From NCBI RefSeq assembly GCF_018977255.1, contig NW_024704744.1, positions 38,378,001 to 38,442,000 of the forward strand: a stretch of DNA of 64,000 bases. Direction: 5' to 3'. The translations under genes and the position numbers were made by a program. This DNA comes from Callorhinchus milii. Its lineage: Eukaryota. This document shows, piece by piece, positions 1 through 11,845 of this stretch. Within the stretch, counting starts at the first letter, position 1, and each line of letters starts with the position of its first letter. The notes beneath the pieces were generated by a model that ran no database searches, was not told the origin of the DNA, and saw only the letters and a list, made by a program, of their open reading frames with translations.

Positions 1-1820
1 TCTCTCTCCCTAGAGAGATGCATTCTCCTTACTTAATTCTTGGGAGCATTAGGTGCAGATTGTCAAGAATCAAGGTTCGGGAACCCCAGAGAGTGCACTG
101 GAGAACTGCAGGGGCTTAACCAGATAAAAATCACAGAACTTGCCATTGAGAGCACTGGCTGCCAAGCTTCCCACTGCTCTTTCAACAGTTCCAACAATGC
201 GATAAAGCACTGTATCAAAACCAAGGATTATTATAAAATGAGTTGAGATTTAACATCCATGCTCCCCCTCCCCCTCCCCACCCCGCCTCCCCCCAACAAC
301 ATGTAGTTAGATGACATATTCCAGTTTAAAGTCAGTTTACTGGTCACAATAGTCAATGGAATTTGAGATGCATTTGTTAAAACTATAGAATCTATTCAGG
401 AAAAGTAAGCTCACAATCGAAATTCACGTAAAAAAAAATCTGTGATATTATCAAAGAGACTGCAGGAACTGGAGCCTCTTTGATTAAATCCAACATGGAT
501 TTAATTGATTCCAAAGAGCACGACCCTAGAAAGCTCCCCTGGAACAAAAACACTTGTCATGCTATAAGTGATTAATTTGCCAGAAAAAAATAACTCCAGA
601 AAATGGGAGAGTGAAGACCTGGGATACTGCCTCATCTAGATTTTAACAAGCCTGCTTTCTACAGGAAGGACCTGTCACCAACATAATATTTCAGCTCTTT
701 TGTTGGTTACCGAAACCTAGATAAGTTGACATTGTTTTATTGCAAAGCCTTATATAATTGTTGGATCGTATTCCTTGGCATTTTACTGGATACAATGGGC
801 TGCATGAGCAGCTCTTTCAGAGTGGCTAATTCTGAGGCGGTTTTAACTGAATGGCTTAAAAAAGAAACAAGATGTGAGTGTGATGTAATTGATTATGTGA
901 AATCTTAAAGTAGACAAGATACATACAAGTGTCAAACAGTTTTGCAGTCAAACACAACTTCTGAACAAGTAGGACTGTGAAATCCCAGGACTTTTCAAAG
1001 GATGCTCGACTTCCTGCACTGACAGCATCCTGATTTATTTAGCATAAGGAAATTGATTTCACTGCACCTTCTGATCCAATTACAAAACGACGAGCAGTTC
1101 AATTTTAAATGCACAAAGGCAGCATTTCTCACTTCATTTCCCCAAGACCCCAGTGCACATTCAGCACAAAGCTAATACTGACTGTGCAGTGCTCCCCATC
1201 ATTGTTTTAAAAAAATGATCATAAGTGAACGTAACAGATTTGATTGTAATATTTCAATCCTGTCTTGCAGAATGGCTTGCGAAGGATTCTGGAGAATGGG
1301 AACCACCAAATGACCAGCAGTAGGTGTCCGAGAGAAGAAGGAGATGACATTCTGAGACAGTACTGTCAGGAAACAGACTCTAACACACTTTTCCCATGCA
1401 ATTCTCTCGCAACAAAAAATCCTACATGAATGCTAAAGTTAGAATTTCATGTTGCAACTTTGATGTTTGTATTCCACTCTGCTGTCACTAAATACAGAAT
1501 GATAACAGATTATTCCCAAAACAAACAAACACAGATTTATATCAAGCAATATTCTTAAAACATGACTTAAAGAAAATCACAATCAGTGCATTACAACAAC
1601 AAAATGACATTTATAAAAGTGCTTTTCACATTGGGAGGATATTAACTTTTGGCCACAGAATTATAGAAATAAAATTGAAAGAGAGAACTTGCATTTTATT
1701 TCAAAATCAAAACAGGTAATCACAGGTAATTATTGACCAATATTTTTGGAGGTAAACATGGTCCTACTTGAAAGGTTAAGTAATAAAATGAGAACTATTG
1801 GACAGGGAAAACATTTATTT

Positions 1821-2032
1821 CTCTTTTCAAAGCCTCATGGGTTCTTTATAATACACTTGAACAGGAACATAGGACCTCAGTTAATGTCTCAGCTAAAAGA
1901 TACACCTGTGAAAATGCAGAGCTTTTTCAGCATTGTATATGAATGTCAGGCTAGACTACTGGTTCAAGCCTGCCTTGGAGCTCGAACCCACAATCCTCTG
2001 ACTTAAAAGCAAGAGAGTGCTACTCATTGAAC
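1821..2032 (-). mobile_element. Old Deu-domain SINE (SacSINE1/AmnSINE1-like), decayed
   Basis: Reverse complement of tRNA head (gagtcagaggattgtgggttcgag-like) plus Deu core (gagacattaactgaggtcc). Confidence 0.6.
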
Positions 2033-2308
2033 AAAACCGAAATTAAGAAACATCATTATTTAAAATGAATAAAACAGTATGGCTGTAAAAGGCCCTGGTA
2101 ACTGATGTAATTCTTCCAAGTGAAAGCAGGAATGGGGGTACCATTGTTGCAGTTACCCACCAGGCTGGAGTGTGGTGTCATTTGGTTCCTCCATGCATAG
2201 TCTATGTGAAGCATATTCCTGTTATATGATGTTACCGCTTGGGGAATGTATTCCGAGGTTCAAAATGGGGCAAAGAATATCAATCAAAAATACTGTATCA
2301 ATAGATTC

Positions 2309-2421
2309 AATAATAATAAACCTTGCATTTGATATTCTGCCTTTTCACATCTTCGAGAAGTCTCCAAAGTGCTTCATAAAATACACTGTCAAGAGAAGGG
2401 ACTGCGTATTTTATGGGCAAC
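2309..2421 (-). mobile_element. SINE 3' tail fragment (older tail type)
   Basis: aataataataaaccttgcatttgatat...cttcgagaagtctc matches the SINE tail. Confidence 0.7.
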
Positions 2422-2471
2422 ATATTAGGAATAAATAATACAACCATTTAGAAAATGTCATTGTTATATGT

Positions 2472-2477
2472 TTTATT
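2472..2477 (-). terminator. Candidate polyadenylation signal AATAAA
   Basis: TTTATT on the plus strand at the distal edge of the repeat-free block. Alternatives at 3470-3475, 1814-1819 and 1695-1700. Confidence 0.45.
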
Positions 2478-2974
2478 TTTTAAAGTCAAGTAAAATAATT
2501 TTCAGGCTGCACAACATCTATGTTTCACAGAACTAAAAAGGCATCAGATATGAATTAAGAATTGAAATAGAACAATATTATGCAAAACAAGGCAATCAGT
2601 GCTACAATCCAATATTCAGACAGCAACAGTTGACCTTCTCAAAATGTATAACCCCACTTATTTGCAGCAGAGATACCCAACATTCTTAAATACCGACAAT
2701 CAAGTAACATTAGAATATTGTAAACAATGCATAATGTGATCAAAAATGGCAGCCAAGGTATGTAAAAGTATGAAAAGATAATTTAAAGATATATAAAGAC
2801 AAGATTTAAAAATACAAAAAAAGTAACAGTGTTTACTTTGGTCTTCAGTACATAGTATAAAAATGAGTTTAATACATTAACAGCCATAGGTAGAAATATG
2901 GACCAGCTTAGCAGCTTTGCAGTTTACCACATTGTTGGCAAATTAACACTGCTAGAAGAAATAAAATGTGTTAA

Positions 2975-2981
2975 GAGGTAG
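2975..2981 (-). promoter_or_regulatory. let-7 7mer-m8 site (distal)
   Basis: Plus strand GAGGTAG; depends on the UTR extending this far. Confidence 0.55.
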
Positions 2982-3224
2982 GCCGTTATCACCAAGTGGT
3001 ACCTTTAAATTCTCAAATGCCCTAAGTGGCAACAGACATTCTAAAGAGCCACGGCTAGTCATAACTCAAGATCATGAGCAATCAGTAGTATTTTTTGCTT
3101 TCTGGACTAGCCGAGAGCGCGGCACATACACACGCAGTTCACATTCTATATTCAAGGGTAGGCTCACTTGAGAGAGAAGTCTTTCTGCTTTCAAATCTGG
3201 AAATGTATTTTGAAAGCCAAAACA

Positions 3225-3251
3225 GTGTGTATGTGTGTGTGTGTGTGTGTG
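3225..3251. repeat. (TG)n microsatellite
   Basis: Direct read. Confidence 0.9.
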
Positions 3252-4405
3252 CGCACTGCCCCTGTGACTATCTGTTCAGCAGGGATGATATATTTTCAGC
3301 CAGAAGTTGCCCACTGCTGTGCTTGACAGAACCATAGAAAGTAAATGCACAGAACTGATATCCAAGGGACACGAGATGCAATGTCAATTATGCTTCTAAT
3401 AAGGTACAAACGTACTCAGTTTGGAATGTCACTTCTAGAGTCCTTTTTGAGCAGAAAGCTTCTGCAACTTTTATTATTTCTACTAATGAAAAGCAATGAG
3501 GGTCTAATAAGCTCTCCCCCGAGTCACCGAGGCGTAGACTCTGGCAAAAGCACCTCCGCGTAAGCAGAGAGACCTCAACTCTGATGAGATCACCATTCTG
3601 TGAGGTTTTCATGAAGAAAATGGTTTACAACAGAGGAAGGACCCTGTGAACCCATTAGAATGATATGACTGACCATACTGATACATATGTTGGTACACAG
3701 AAAATTCCACTCTCAAAAAAGCAAGCCCTTGACATTAGTGGTTAACCACAATATTACTGCTGTAGATAACAAAGACAATCTTGTTGCAGTCTTTAAGGGG
3801 CTGTCAATGTAGCAGGTAAGCAATACTGTTTTTAATGTCTCAATCTTTGGAAAGGCATTATAAATACATAAAACGGAAATCTTTGCAAGCCCATCTTCAC
3901 TCGTAACTTCTTCAAAGCAGCAGATCGCAAATTCCATGCACTTCTAAGTTCCAGAACTATCCTGGTAACTCTAAACCTTCCAAATAATTTCCTGGTCCTA
4001 CAGAAGTTAATAAAGTCAAAAACCACTCAGGGTCTTGCCCTTTTCTTTTCTTACCCTTATACCCTTATGTTTGGGTTCTTGTAAATTGTAGAGGTCCATA
4101 GGACATTCTACTTACTGGAGCAGGAAGATTACAATTCAAAAATTAAGAAAATTGATATCCCCATAAATTAATATATGACTGCAACTGGAGTCAATAGTAG
4201 GGTAAATAAAGTTTGCAGTGTTTCAAAAGAAGATGGCCGTGATAATCATCGGCAGTATTAGTTTTGAAACAGTCAAACTGAACCCAATATTTCTGCGTCT
4301 GCTACCCAGCCACAAGCAAAATAATGCTGTTATATTGGAACACATGGTTGACAGCTGATCTCAAGACTAAAGCAACAAAAAAGGTACAACTATACAGAAA
4401 AGGGA

Positions 4406-4413
4406 TGAGGTAG
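4406..4413 (-). promoter_or_regulatory. let-7 8mer site
   Basis: Plus strand TGAGGTAG. Confidence 0.75.
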
Positions 4414-4636
4414 CCTTTTGCTGTAAACAGGAAAAAAAAATGGTTTGTTTTACCATCTTAAACATACCGTACAATTTTGCTTATGCTAACTTCACATAAC
4501 AAAAAACATGATTGATGTTTACATAAGCAGTCAGTACAATAATACAACTCTACCATTATTTTTATACAGAAATAATAAAAGTACAAAAAAATGTCAGAAA
4601 TCTGATTATCAGAAATGTAGGACTATGTAAAACTCA

Positions 4637-4643
4637 GAGGTAG
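4637..4643 (-). promoter_or_regulatory. let-7 7mer-m8 site
   Basis: Plus strand GAGGTAG(T). Confidence 0.7.
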
Positions 4644-4768
4644 TTCCTAATAACTGTATGTAAATATAGATATAGTAACCAAGTTCTAAAACTATTTGGT
4701 TTGTTCAGAGTACTTTGAATATGTCTTCAGTACTAATCTGTAAATAAAAGTAAACCTACTTGGTATAT

Positions 4769-4776
4769 TCCCTGAG
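4769..4776 (-). promoter_or_regulatory. miR-125/lin-4 8mer site (CTCAGGGA)
   Basis: Plus strand TCCCTGAG. lin-4/miR-125 regulation of lin-28 is established. Confidence 0.75.
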
Positions 4777-7700
4777 TAAAGTTCTTTGTCCTGAGATACA
4801 CTTTTGAGTAATAATGATCATAACATTACAATATACAAAAATACAAAACCAATCTTTGTGTCTTATAGACATGTTTGGTATGTGCTCTTAATAGTTCAGT
4901 GTGGTGCACTAACAATATCCTGCACTGAATAGCTTCTATGTTTGCTAATGTTCTTTAAACAGCACCCCAAAAAGCTCTGGGATTCAGGGTTGGGTTATTG
5001 AAAGTCTGATCTCAGCTCTGAACTTTTCCATTGTAAACAGGGAATGTCCAACTAAGGAAATATTCACGCTTTCTTCATTTAATAAGGTCAAGAAACTTTG
5101 GTTTAGCATGTCAAAGTGACTTGCAGCTTGCATTTTTTCGTTTCTTGCCTAATCTTTTTTTAAGACCTCTATGTAGATTAAGCAATGCCACTCTGATTTG
5201 TCTATACACTTTTAAATAAAGAAACAACCCCTTACGGTATGCAAGTTAAGTGTTTCTCATTAGGTACAACACACATTCAATATCGTCACATTTCAGATCA
5301 CAGGAAGGGTCGCTGTGTACGACATCATGACAGCCTCAGTACAACCTGCAGCACTTCAGTCACAAACAAACACTTCTTTGTGGGATTCAAGTGTTTCAAA
5401 CAGGCTTATAGTCAAATTTAGGCAGTTTATGCTCGTCTGTTATGTACACACACCAAGCAGCAGCAATACTCCCAGCACTGGGAATGTGGAAACCAAGATC
5501 TCCTCACTGTGATGAAGGAACAAAAAGGTTAGCCACACCTAATTCGTCATTCATGTATTGGCCAGTTAATACCTACCAGATTCCAGTCTGACCAATGCAC
5601 GTACACTTTTGAAGTTTCCTGAAGTATCAGCTTTCACATGAACTAATGCCTCTGGGTTCAGCAGAATGCTCTCTCCCTCCCCAGATTGTACATGGAATTC
5701 TGCCTGTGGGAAACCTGCTGAACCCAACTGCAGTACGGCTTCCAGTTAAAACTTTAGTTTTGCTTTTAAAAACTAGTTGTCGTCTTTGCCTCTCTTTCAT
5801 TCACTCTGTTAAGAATACGAATTATGTGCCTTGTGATTAAGCTTTCTTAACCTTCCCCTTTCCAACAGACACATAGACTTGAGGCTTAGAATCAGAGCAA
5901 TTTAACTGATGCAGGAAGATATTCCATTGCATTCAACCATATTGCTTACTGCAAGGTTTGGAGAGGCATTTGTGTTTTCAGCAGCATTGCCTGTGTAAAC
6001 TAAAATGCCACCAAATTTGCCGTTCAAAGGAACACCAAGTATCTATCCCCATTAACTATAACAAGACGCCTAGGTCATAATAGTTCCTGATCTCATGTCC
6101 ATATAGAGCTCATCTAATAAAATTAGTAGCATGATTAATAGTGGAACGTGCAACATGCCTTTTTACACTAACCCTTCAGTTCACACAGCATCAACAGGCA
6201 AGCATTGTTAAGGATCAAGTGCACTCACTCATCTTGAAATAAAGATTGAACAGACGAGATCGATGCACTTTCTAATTGCATTGAGCTTGTGAATTGCAAG
6301 TCAGTTCCAATATTGCAAAACAAAGAGTGATTCAGAATGAGCAGTTCCACTATATTTTTTCCAGTCTAAGTAATTACCAATGTGGGTTTTTGATATACAT
6401 AAAATGCCGATATGTAAAAGGTCACACTTTTGTCTGCTTTAAATTAAATGTGAAGGATAGTTCATTCACAGAGAGGAGAGGAGCCCCGATCTGCTATTAC
6501 TCAGAGGTTCACTGTTACAAATATTAGAGCACGGATGTGTATTGACTATCTGTACCCACTCAGGCCCAGCAGTCACTTGCAGACAGACAAGACACCTAGG
6601 GAGTCTTATAAAGTGCAAATGTGCAGCTTTGTGAAGCAGAGGGACAAGAGATACAGCAACCACTGAATTCCATCTTCAGTACCAAGTTGGTAGGGCCATA
6701 CTGGCAAGAATTGGAAGGATCATTGCCGATGGAACTGATAGGGTCCATGCATTACTTAAATGGGGTCCTTGTATTACTCAAATGGGGTGGAGTAGAAACC
6801 TAACTGTGGGTCAAGCTGTCACTGAAGTACCATTTTCCTGCTGCTGAAAATTTAAATGAACCCACTGGAGATTTCATCCCTAAGAATTGGATCCTATGGG
6901 TGATTGGCTCTGCTTTTACAAGGTATTGAAGGGCAGATTAAACCCCATTTCTTATGCTGCTTTTCCTTTTCAAAGATGAAGAGTCAGTTTAGAGTAAACT
7001 TAGAGGTTTTCCTTGTCAAATCAGAAACTTTTTAAAAAAATAGGTGTCAATTCATATGTTGGTCAGCCATCTTGCTCCTTTGAACAGACTTAGCAACTTT
7101 CACATACAGGAAAGAAACACTGTTTATTGAGGGTCTAGTCTGCTTGATTCACAAAAAAACTAACTTTGGATCCTGAAAGAAAGTGAAAACAAAACATCTT
7201 GCCCTGTCTCCAGTTTTTGTAGGGATTTTGCCAGCTCCCAGGATTCAATACTAGCGTTTTTGTGAATAATTTTGCGCATTAGCACATCAAATCCAGTTTC
7301 CCAATACCACAAATTAAAGCCCTTTGTAAACATGGGTAAGAAAATAAAAGTATGCCTAGTTCTCAGCCTGGTAACCACATTATGAATTTCATTATAGAAT
7401 CTGCCAATTCTGAATCATTGACTTAAGCTCTCCAATGCACACACTTTTTTTTCCAATATTAAAAAAAGACCAAATTTCAGATCTTGGGATCTGTGGGACC
7501 CAGAGGAATTTGCAAGGAAAATGCATCCAAAGCTTACTTCTTCAAACTACTTGCACATTCATGCCTTGTGAAACATCCTTTATAAAAGCTTCAATGTTGC
7601 AAGGAATGTTAAAAGTTTTTATGACTTGCCCACTTGCTTCCTTAATGACTAAGTCTTAAATAACTCTATTTGCTTAGGACAATGAGGCCTATTACATGCC

Positions 7701-8142
7701 ACATGTAAACATGTGTACAGAGGGCACTGCAAGTGTCATTAATAATGTAACTAACATCCAATCTTTCTATTTTCAATGCCCTGTTTAGCCAGGTTTCAAA
7801 TTAGACCGTATTTAAAAATTCACCTTTTAAAAATTCACAAAAGGGTTTGATGTTTTAAAAGCACTAGGATACAAAATGAATTGAGAAATGAAATGACAGA
7901 GTACTCTGGAGTACTCAGGTTAAAAATACTAACCAGGTCACTATTTATTGCTGGATAGACACTAACTGCAATTGGAAATCCTGGAATAGGATAGATATTT
8001 TCCTCGCTCAGATATCAATATGATGTACGATTGTACCTGGGCATGAAACAATTCTAACTGCTGCTTGGGTGTTTATCACAGAACATCAGCAGAAATGGCA
8101 TGACATTCAAATCTTCCGCACGCTAATTTTTTTAAAAAAACT

Positions 8143-8168
8143 TTATATATATATTTATATATATATAT
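8143..8168. repeat. (TA)n microsatellite
   Basis: Direct read. Confidence 0.85.
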
Positions 8169-8894
8169 GTAGGAAGGATACTACAGTGTTCACAGATCTG
8201 AGTTTAAGATACAATTAACAAAAAACAAGCAACCAAAAAGCACTTGAAACACAAGCACGCAAAAACACATTCATATTTTCTGTAGCTCTGACTCCCCCAA
8301 AATAAAATTTGCGGCAGTGGCTAGCATCTCAACAATGAATATTGCCTACAGAAGTAAAACACTGCCATTGTATATATTATTTGATCAGATATCCAGCCAG
8401 ATATTCTCCGTGGATTTCCTTTGTACCTCCTTTCTGGCAGCATCCACCTCCGATTTCCTTTGGTTTTCAATTTAAATAACAGTGTTGCTTCAGTTACCTA
8501 CTGAAGGGAGCAGGAGCTCTGAAGGAAGTTCCAGTTGATCCTAATGTTGCGTATTGCTTTGCAATCCTAGGAGATCACCAAAGGATCAATTAATGGTACT
8601 CGTTATAAAAGATTAGAAAAGCTACTTGAATTAAACATGGCGAGTTGACACTGTAAACGTGTGTGCCATGTTTCACTAGACTCCGTAAAGAGTTTTGTTT
8701 CTGCATATAAAGGTAAAAGTAGAGCACTGTGGATGTGCGCAAACATAATCCAGGAGTAATTCTTTGCATGGAGTGAATTGTTCGGTTCGACAACATTTTG
8801 TTAATTCAGTGGATTTTTTTTTGTTTTTGTTTTTTTTCCAAAAAAAGAGGAGCTGCATTGTGTAAAATGACTTCCCCTGTACTTTTGCAAGCAT

Positions 8895-8902
8895 TGAGGT
8901 AG
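8895..8902 (-). promoter_or_regulatory. let-7 8mer site (CTACCTCA), proximal 3' UTR
   Basis: Plus strand TGAGGTAG(T), about 65 nt after the stop. LIN28B/let-7 double-negative feedback is established. Confidence 0.85.
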
Positions 8903-8966
8903 TTTGGGATCCTATATTCAAAATACAAAGAGTGTGGAATTCAAGAAGCGGGCTTATCGAATGCCT

Positions 8967-9342
8967 TTATGTTTTTTTCCGTTTCTGAATGGAAGGCCCC
9001 TTTCTGCTTGGTTCTTCAGGGGACATAGATGATTTGCTTGACGAAGCTTCAACAGATGACTTGCCAGAGTGCTCAACCTCTGGTTTTCCCTCCTGAGGAT
9101 GAAACAGAGCTGGGAAGCTTTGGGTCCCTCCAGTTTCTCTAGGGAAAGCAGCATAGGCAGAGGTGGAAGGTTGGGAATCTGCTTCATATCTTCCCTGAGA
9201 GCTACTGGGCTGTGGTGGAACAGTTTTGAGGGGACAGTTGGCTACCATGTGCATAATGCTCTGGCAGTAATGGCACTTCTTTGGCTGAGGAGGTAGATTA
9301 CATTCCTTAGCATGATGGTCAAGGCCGCCACAGTTGTAGCAT
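8967..9342 (-). CDS. LIN28B: LIN28B last coding exon: two CCHC zinc knuckles and LIN28B-specific C-terminal tail with NLS
   Basis: Acceptor ...ctatttttcccccatttAG at 9344-9343. The first base A completes CG|A (Arg), then CYNCGGLDHHAKECNLPPQPKKCHYCQSIMHMVANCPLK...EEPSRKGPSIQKRKKT, stop TAA at 8969-8967. In frame with the upstream exon. Confidence 0.97.
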
Positions 9343-10089
9343 CTAAATGGGGGAAAAATAGAAAGAAAAAGATGACAATGGTTTTAAGCTCTAAGTTATG
9401 AGTACAACTAACCACTTTGTGTGTAGGGAAGTGGAGGAGAAAGACAAACATTGCATTAGTGGGTTGAAAATGCTATTTGCAAACTAGAAAATTATTACAC
9501 AGGCTATGTGTGATCAATTTGCTTTGAGCCAATTTCTCATCCAAGAAGAAAAAAACATCAAGCAATAGATCGAAAAGTAAAATACCAGCCATAAACAGCC
9601 TTTGCTAGGCTTCATGGTCGCTATTAAAGCAAGTTTAGTAATTATTCCTGCTTCATCCAGTTTGCGAATATCCCATTTTCAACTCCTATGTTTTCACCCC
9701 ACAAACTGTTGAACCAATGGCATTCACTGCCTGCATTTCCTCCCCATCATCCTGTAAAATACAAGGTGCATAATTCAACTGGAGACTTTTTAAAGACTGC
9801 AACAAACCATTTCACTTCATCGAGCAAAGATAAAGGGAAAAGAAAATCAGCACATAATATCATCCTGATGTGGTGGTTAATGGGATTTATCACATCGTAA
9901 AAATCATCCAATCCTCAATGGCTTACTTGACCTTTTAAAAGAGAATAACCAATCTACAATGGGATAATGTGAAGCAGTCGATGGAGACAATTTAAAAGCC
10001 CAAAGAGTCCATGATTTTAAAGAGTACAGTATTCATTTGAGACTATTCTAAATTACCTCCAGGTCTTCTTTTGCAGGTTCCTATAGATT

Positions 10090-10146
10090 AATAATAATAA
10101 TAATCCTTGCATTTGATGTAGCGCTTTTTCAAGTCTTCTCGACGTT
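10090..10146 (-). mobile_element. SINE 3' tail stub
   Basis: (aat)n ccttgcatttgatgtagcgc. Confidence 0.75.
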
Positions 10147-10149
10147 GGA

Positions 10150-10945
10150 ATTCCAGGACCACTACTGCTCTGATTGATTGCCTGTTGGGCATTCAGTCCT
10201 GGATGAGCTCCATCTTTCTTCAATTGAACGTAGGCAAGGCAGAGGTTTTCCTGCTTAGCTCCCATCAGCGCTTTCTTACCACAGACGCTGACAGCATCAA
10301 TCTACTTGGATGCACACTTCAGCTCACAGAGCCTGTGGAGAACTTCAGTGTCTTGTTTGAATGTCAGCTGTCCTTTCAACCTTACATCCATGCTCTGACC
10401 CGCTCAGCTTTCCCCCACCTCTATAAAATTGTCCATCTCTGCCATTACCTCTCCTCTTGGGCTATTGAATCCCTAATCCATATGTTCATCATGCCCAGGT
10501 TAAATTACATCAACTGTCTGCTCGCTGAACTATCCGCCTCTTCCCTCCACAAGCTGCAGACTATCCAGAAGTCTGCAACTCGTGTCCCTTCCCATACTAG
10601 GTTTCTCCCCCATCCTCACCCATCAAATTAAGCTCTAATCTTTAACTGCCTCCATTGTCTTCTCCTCAAACCCTTCCAACTTGTCTGCTCCCTCCACTCT
10701 GGAGACACTGGCCCACCATCAGTGTGCTTTCAGTGTTGCTGCCCCACTCTCTCGAATTCCATCCAAGAGTCCCTTTGACTTGCCCCTTCCCTTGCATCCT
10801 TCAAGATCTGCCTCCCTTTTTCTTTGACCACGCTTTCAGCCATCTCGCCCCACCCCCAGCTCGAGTACAAACCTTAAGACTGTCCAGCGATTTGGGACAT
10901 CCTCTTAACATGAAAGACTACATAAATGAAAATTGTATTGTATTG
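10150..10945 (+). mobile_element. L2-clade LINE 3' fragment, decayed
   Basis: ORF 10185-10631 IQSWMSSIFLQLNVGKAE...PRLNYINCLLAELSASSLHKLQTIQKSATR is L2 ORF2 C-terminus; L2 tail near 10890-10945. Confidence 0.85.
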
Positions 10946-11243
10946 TGGAAAACACCTAAATGTGAAATGTATCTTCCAGATGAATAGTATTGGTTCAAAC
11001 AGGAAAATCCCCAAATTTACAGAACAAAGAAACACAACTAGAAAACCTCAATAGACTGCGAGCTGATTGATTCGAATTTCTACATCAAAAAATTTCTACA
11101 GTGAAATTTTCGATTATTTCCATTAGAGGGCACCAAAGCTCACTTGGAGAACGACCAAGGAGGTGACAAATGAGCAAGTTCTGTTCAATCTGTGCTTGGG
11201 CAAAACTCAACTACACAAGCATTTAAGTTTGCAATACTTTGCC

Positions 11244-11389
11244 CCATTTGTTAAAATCTGCATGTCCTTGTGCATGTAATCAGCCCACAAAATACACAGT
11301 CAATTCATTTTACAGCGTTTCCTGTCAAGCCCTTAGAAACGTCTCAACGATGTGATAAGATGTTGTATCAAATGCAAGGATTATTATTA
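11244..11389 (+). mobile_element. SINE 3' fragment
   Basis: cacagtcaattcattttacag...atcaaatgcaaggattattatt. Confidence 0.75.
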
Positions 11390-11559
11390 GCCACATTGAG
11401 CTCCCATCTGGAAGTGAATGTGGGGTTGTAAGATACCAACAAAATAAAATCCATTTGTGTGTTTGCACTCGAGGTTAGAAGACTTATTTCAATGTGCAAT
11501 GTAAGCTGGCAGCGGGAAAGTAGTATTTATTTAGGAAACTGCAGTGTTGGGTTAGAAAC

Positions 11560-11845
11560 AGGGAGAGAAACATAAGTAATGATATGCAGAGAAAGAGACA
11601 GTGAGAGAAAAAACAAAGAGGGAGGGGGAGAGAGAGAGAGAAAGAGATTTTGGAGGGAGAGAAGGGGAAGTGACTCAAAAAAGGATACTCAGAGAGAGGA
11701 GACAATGTTAGAAAATGAGAAAGTGGAGAGAGAGAGAGAGATGTGGGTTTGGGAGGGGGGAGGGGAAAGTGAGGGTGGGCGAGGGAGAGAGAGAGATAAG
11801 AGAGAGGGTGAGAGAGATAAGAGAGAGAGAAAGATAAAGAGAGGG
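11560..11845. repeat. GA-rich low-complexity tract (polypyrimidine on the LIN28B sense strand)
   Basis: Direct read; accounts for ORFs 11484-11918 and 11579-11911. Confidence 0.9.

Larger units (their letters stand above)
4422..8658 (-). promoter_or_regulatory. Set of miR-30 seed matches in the 3' UTR
   Basis: TGTAAACA (8mer) at 4422, 5032, 7325, 7704; TGTAAAC (7mer-A1) at 5994, 8652. Confidence 0.6.
2450..8966 (-). other. LIN28B: Probable long LIN28B 3' UTR (about 6.5 kb; distal end uncertain)
   Basis: Follows the stop codon. No recognisable SINE or LINE until about 2420, many miRNA seed matches, and AATAAA (plus-strand TTTATT) at 2472-2477. Confidence 0.65.

Noticed and set aside
8895-8920. 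TGAGGTAG as a possible let-7 gene
   Set aside because: Match stops at about nt 9 and there is no hairpin; these are target sites on the minus-strand mRNA.
8954-9187. Overlapping alternative-frame ORF in the last exon
   Set aside because: Shadow frame of the real CDS with no independent support.
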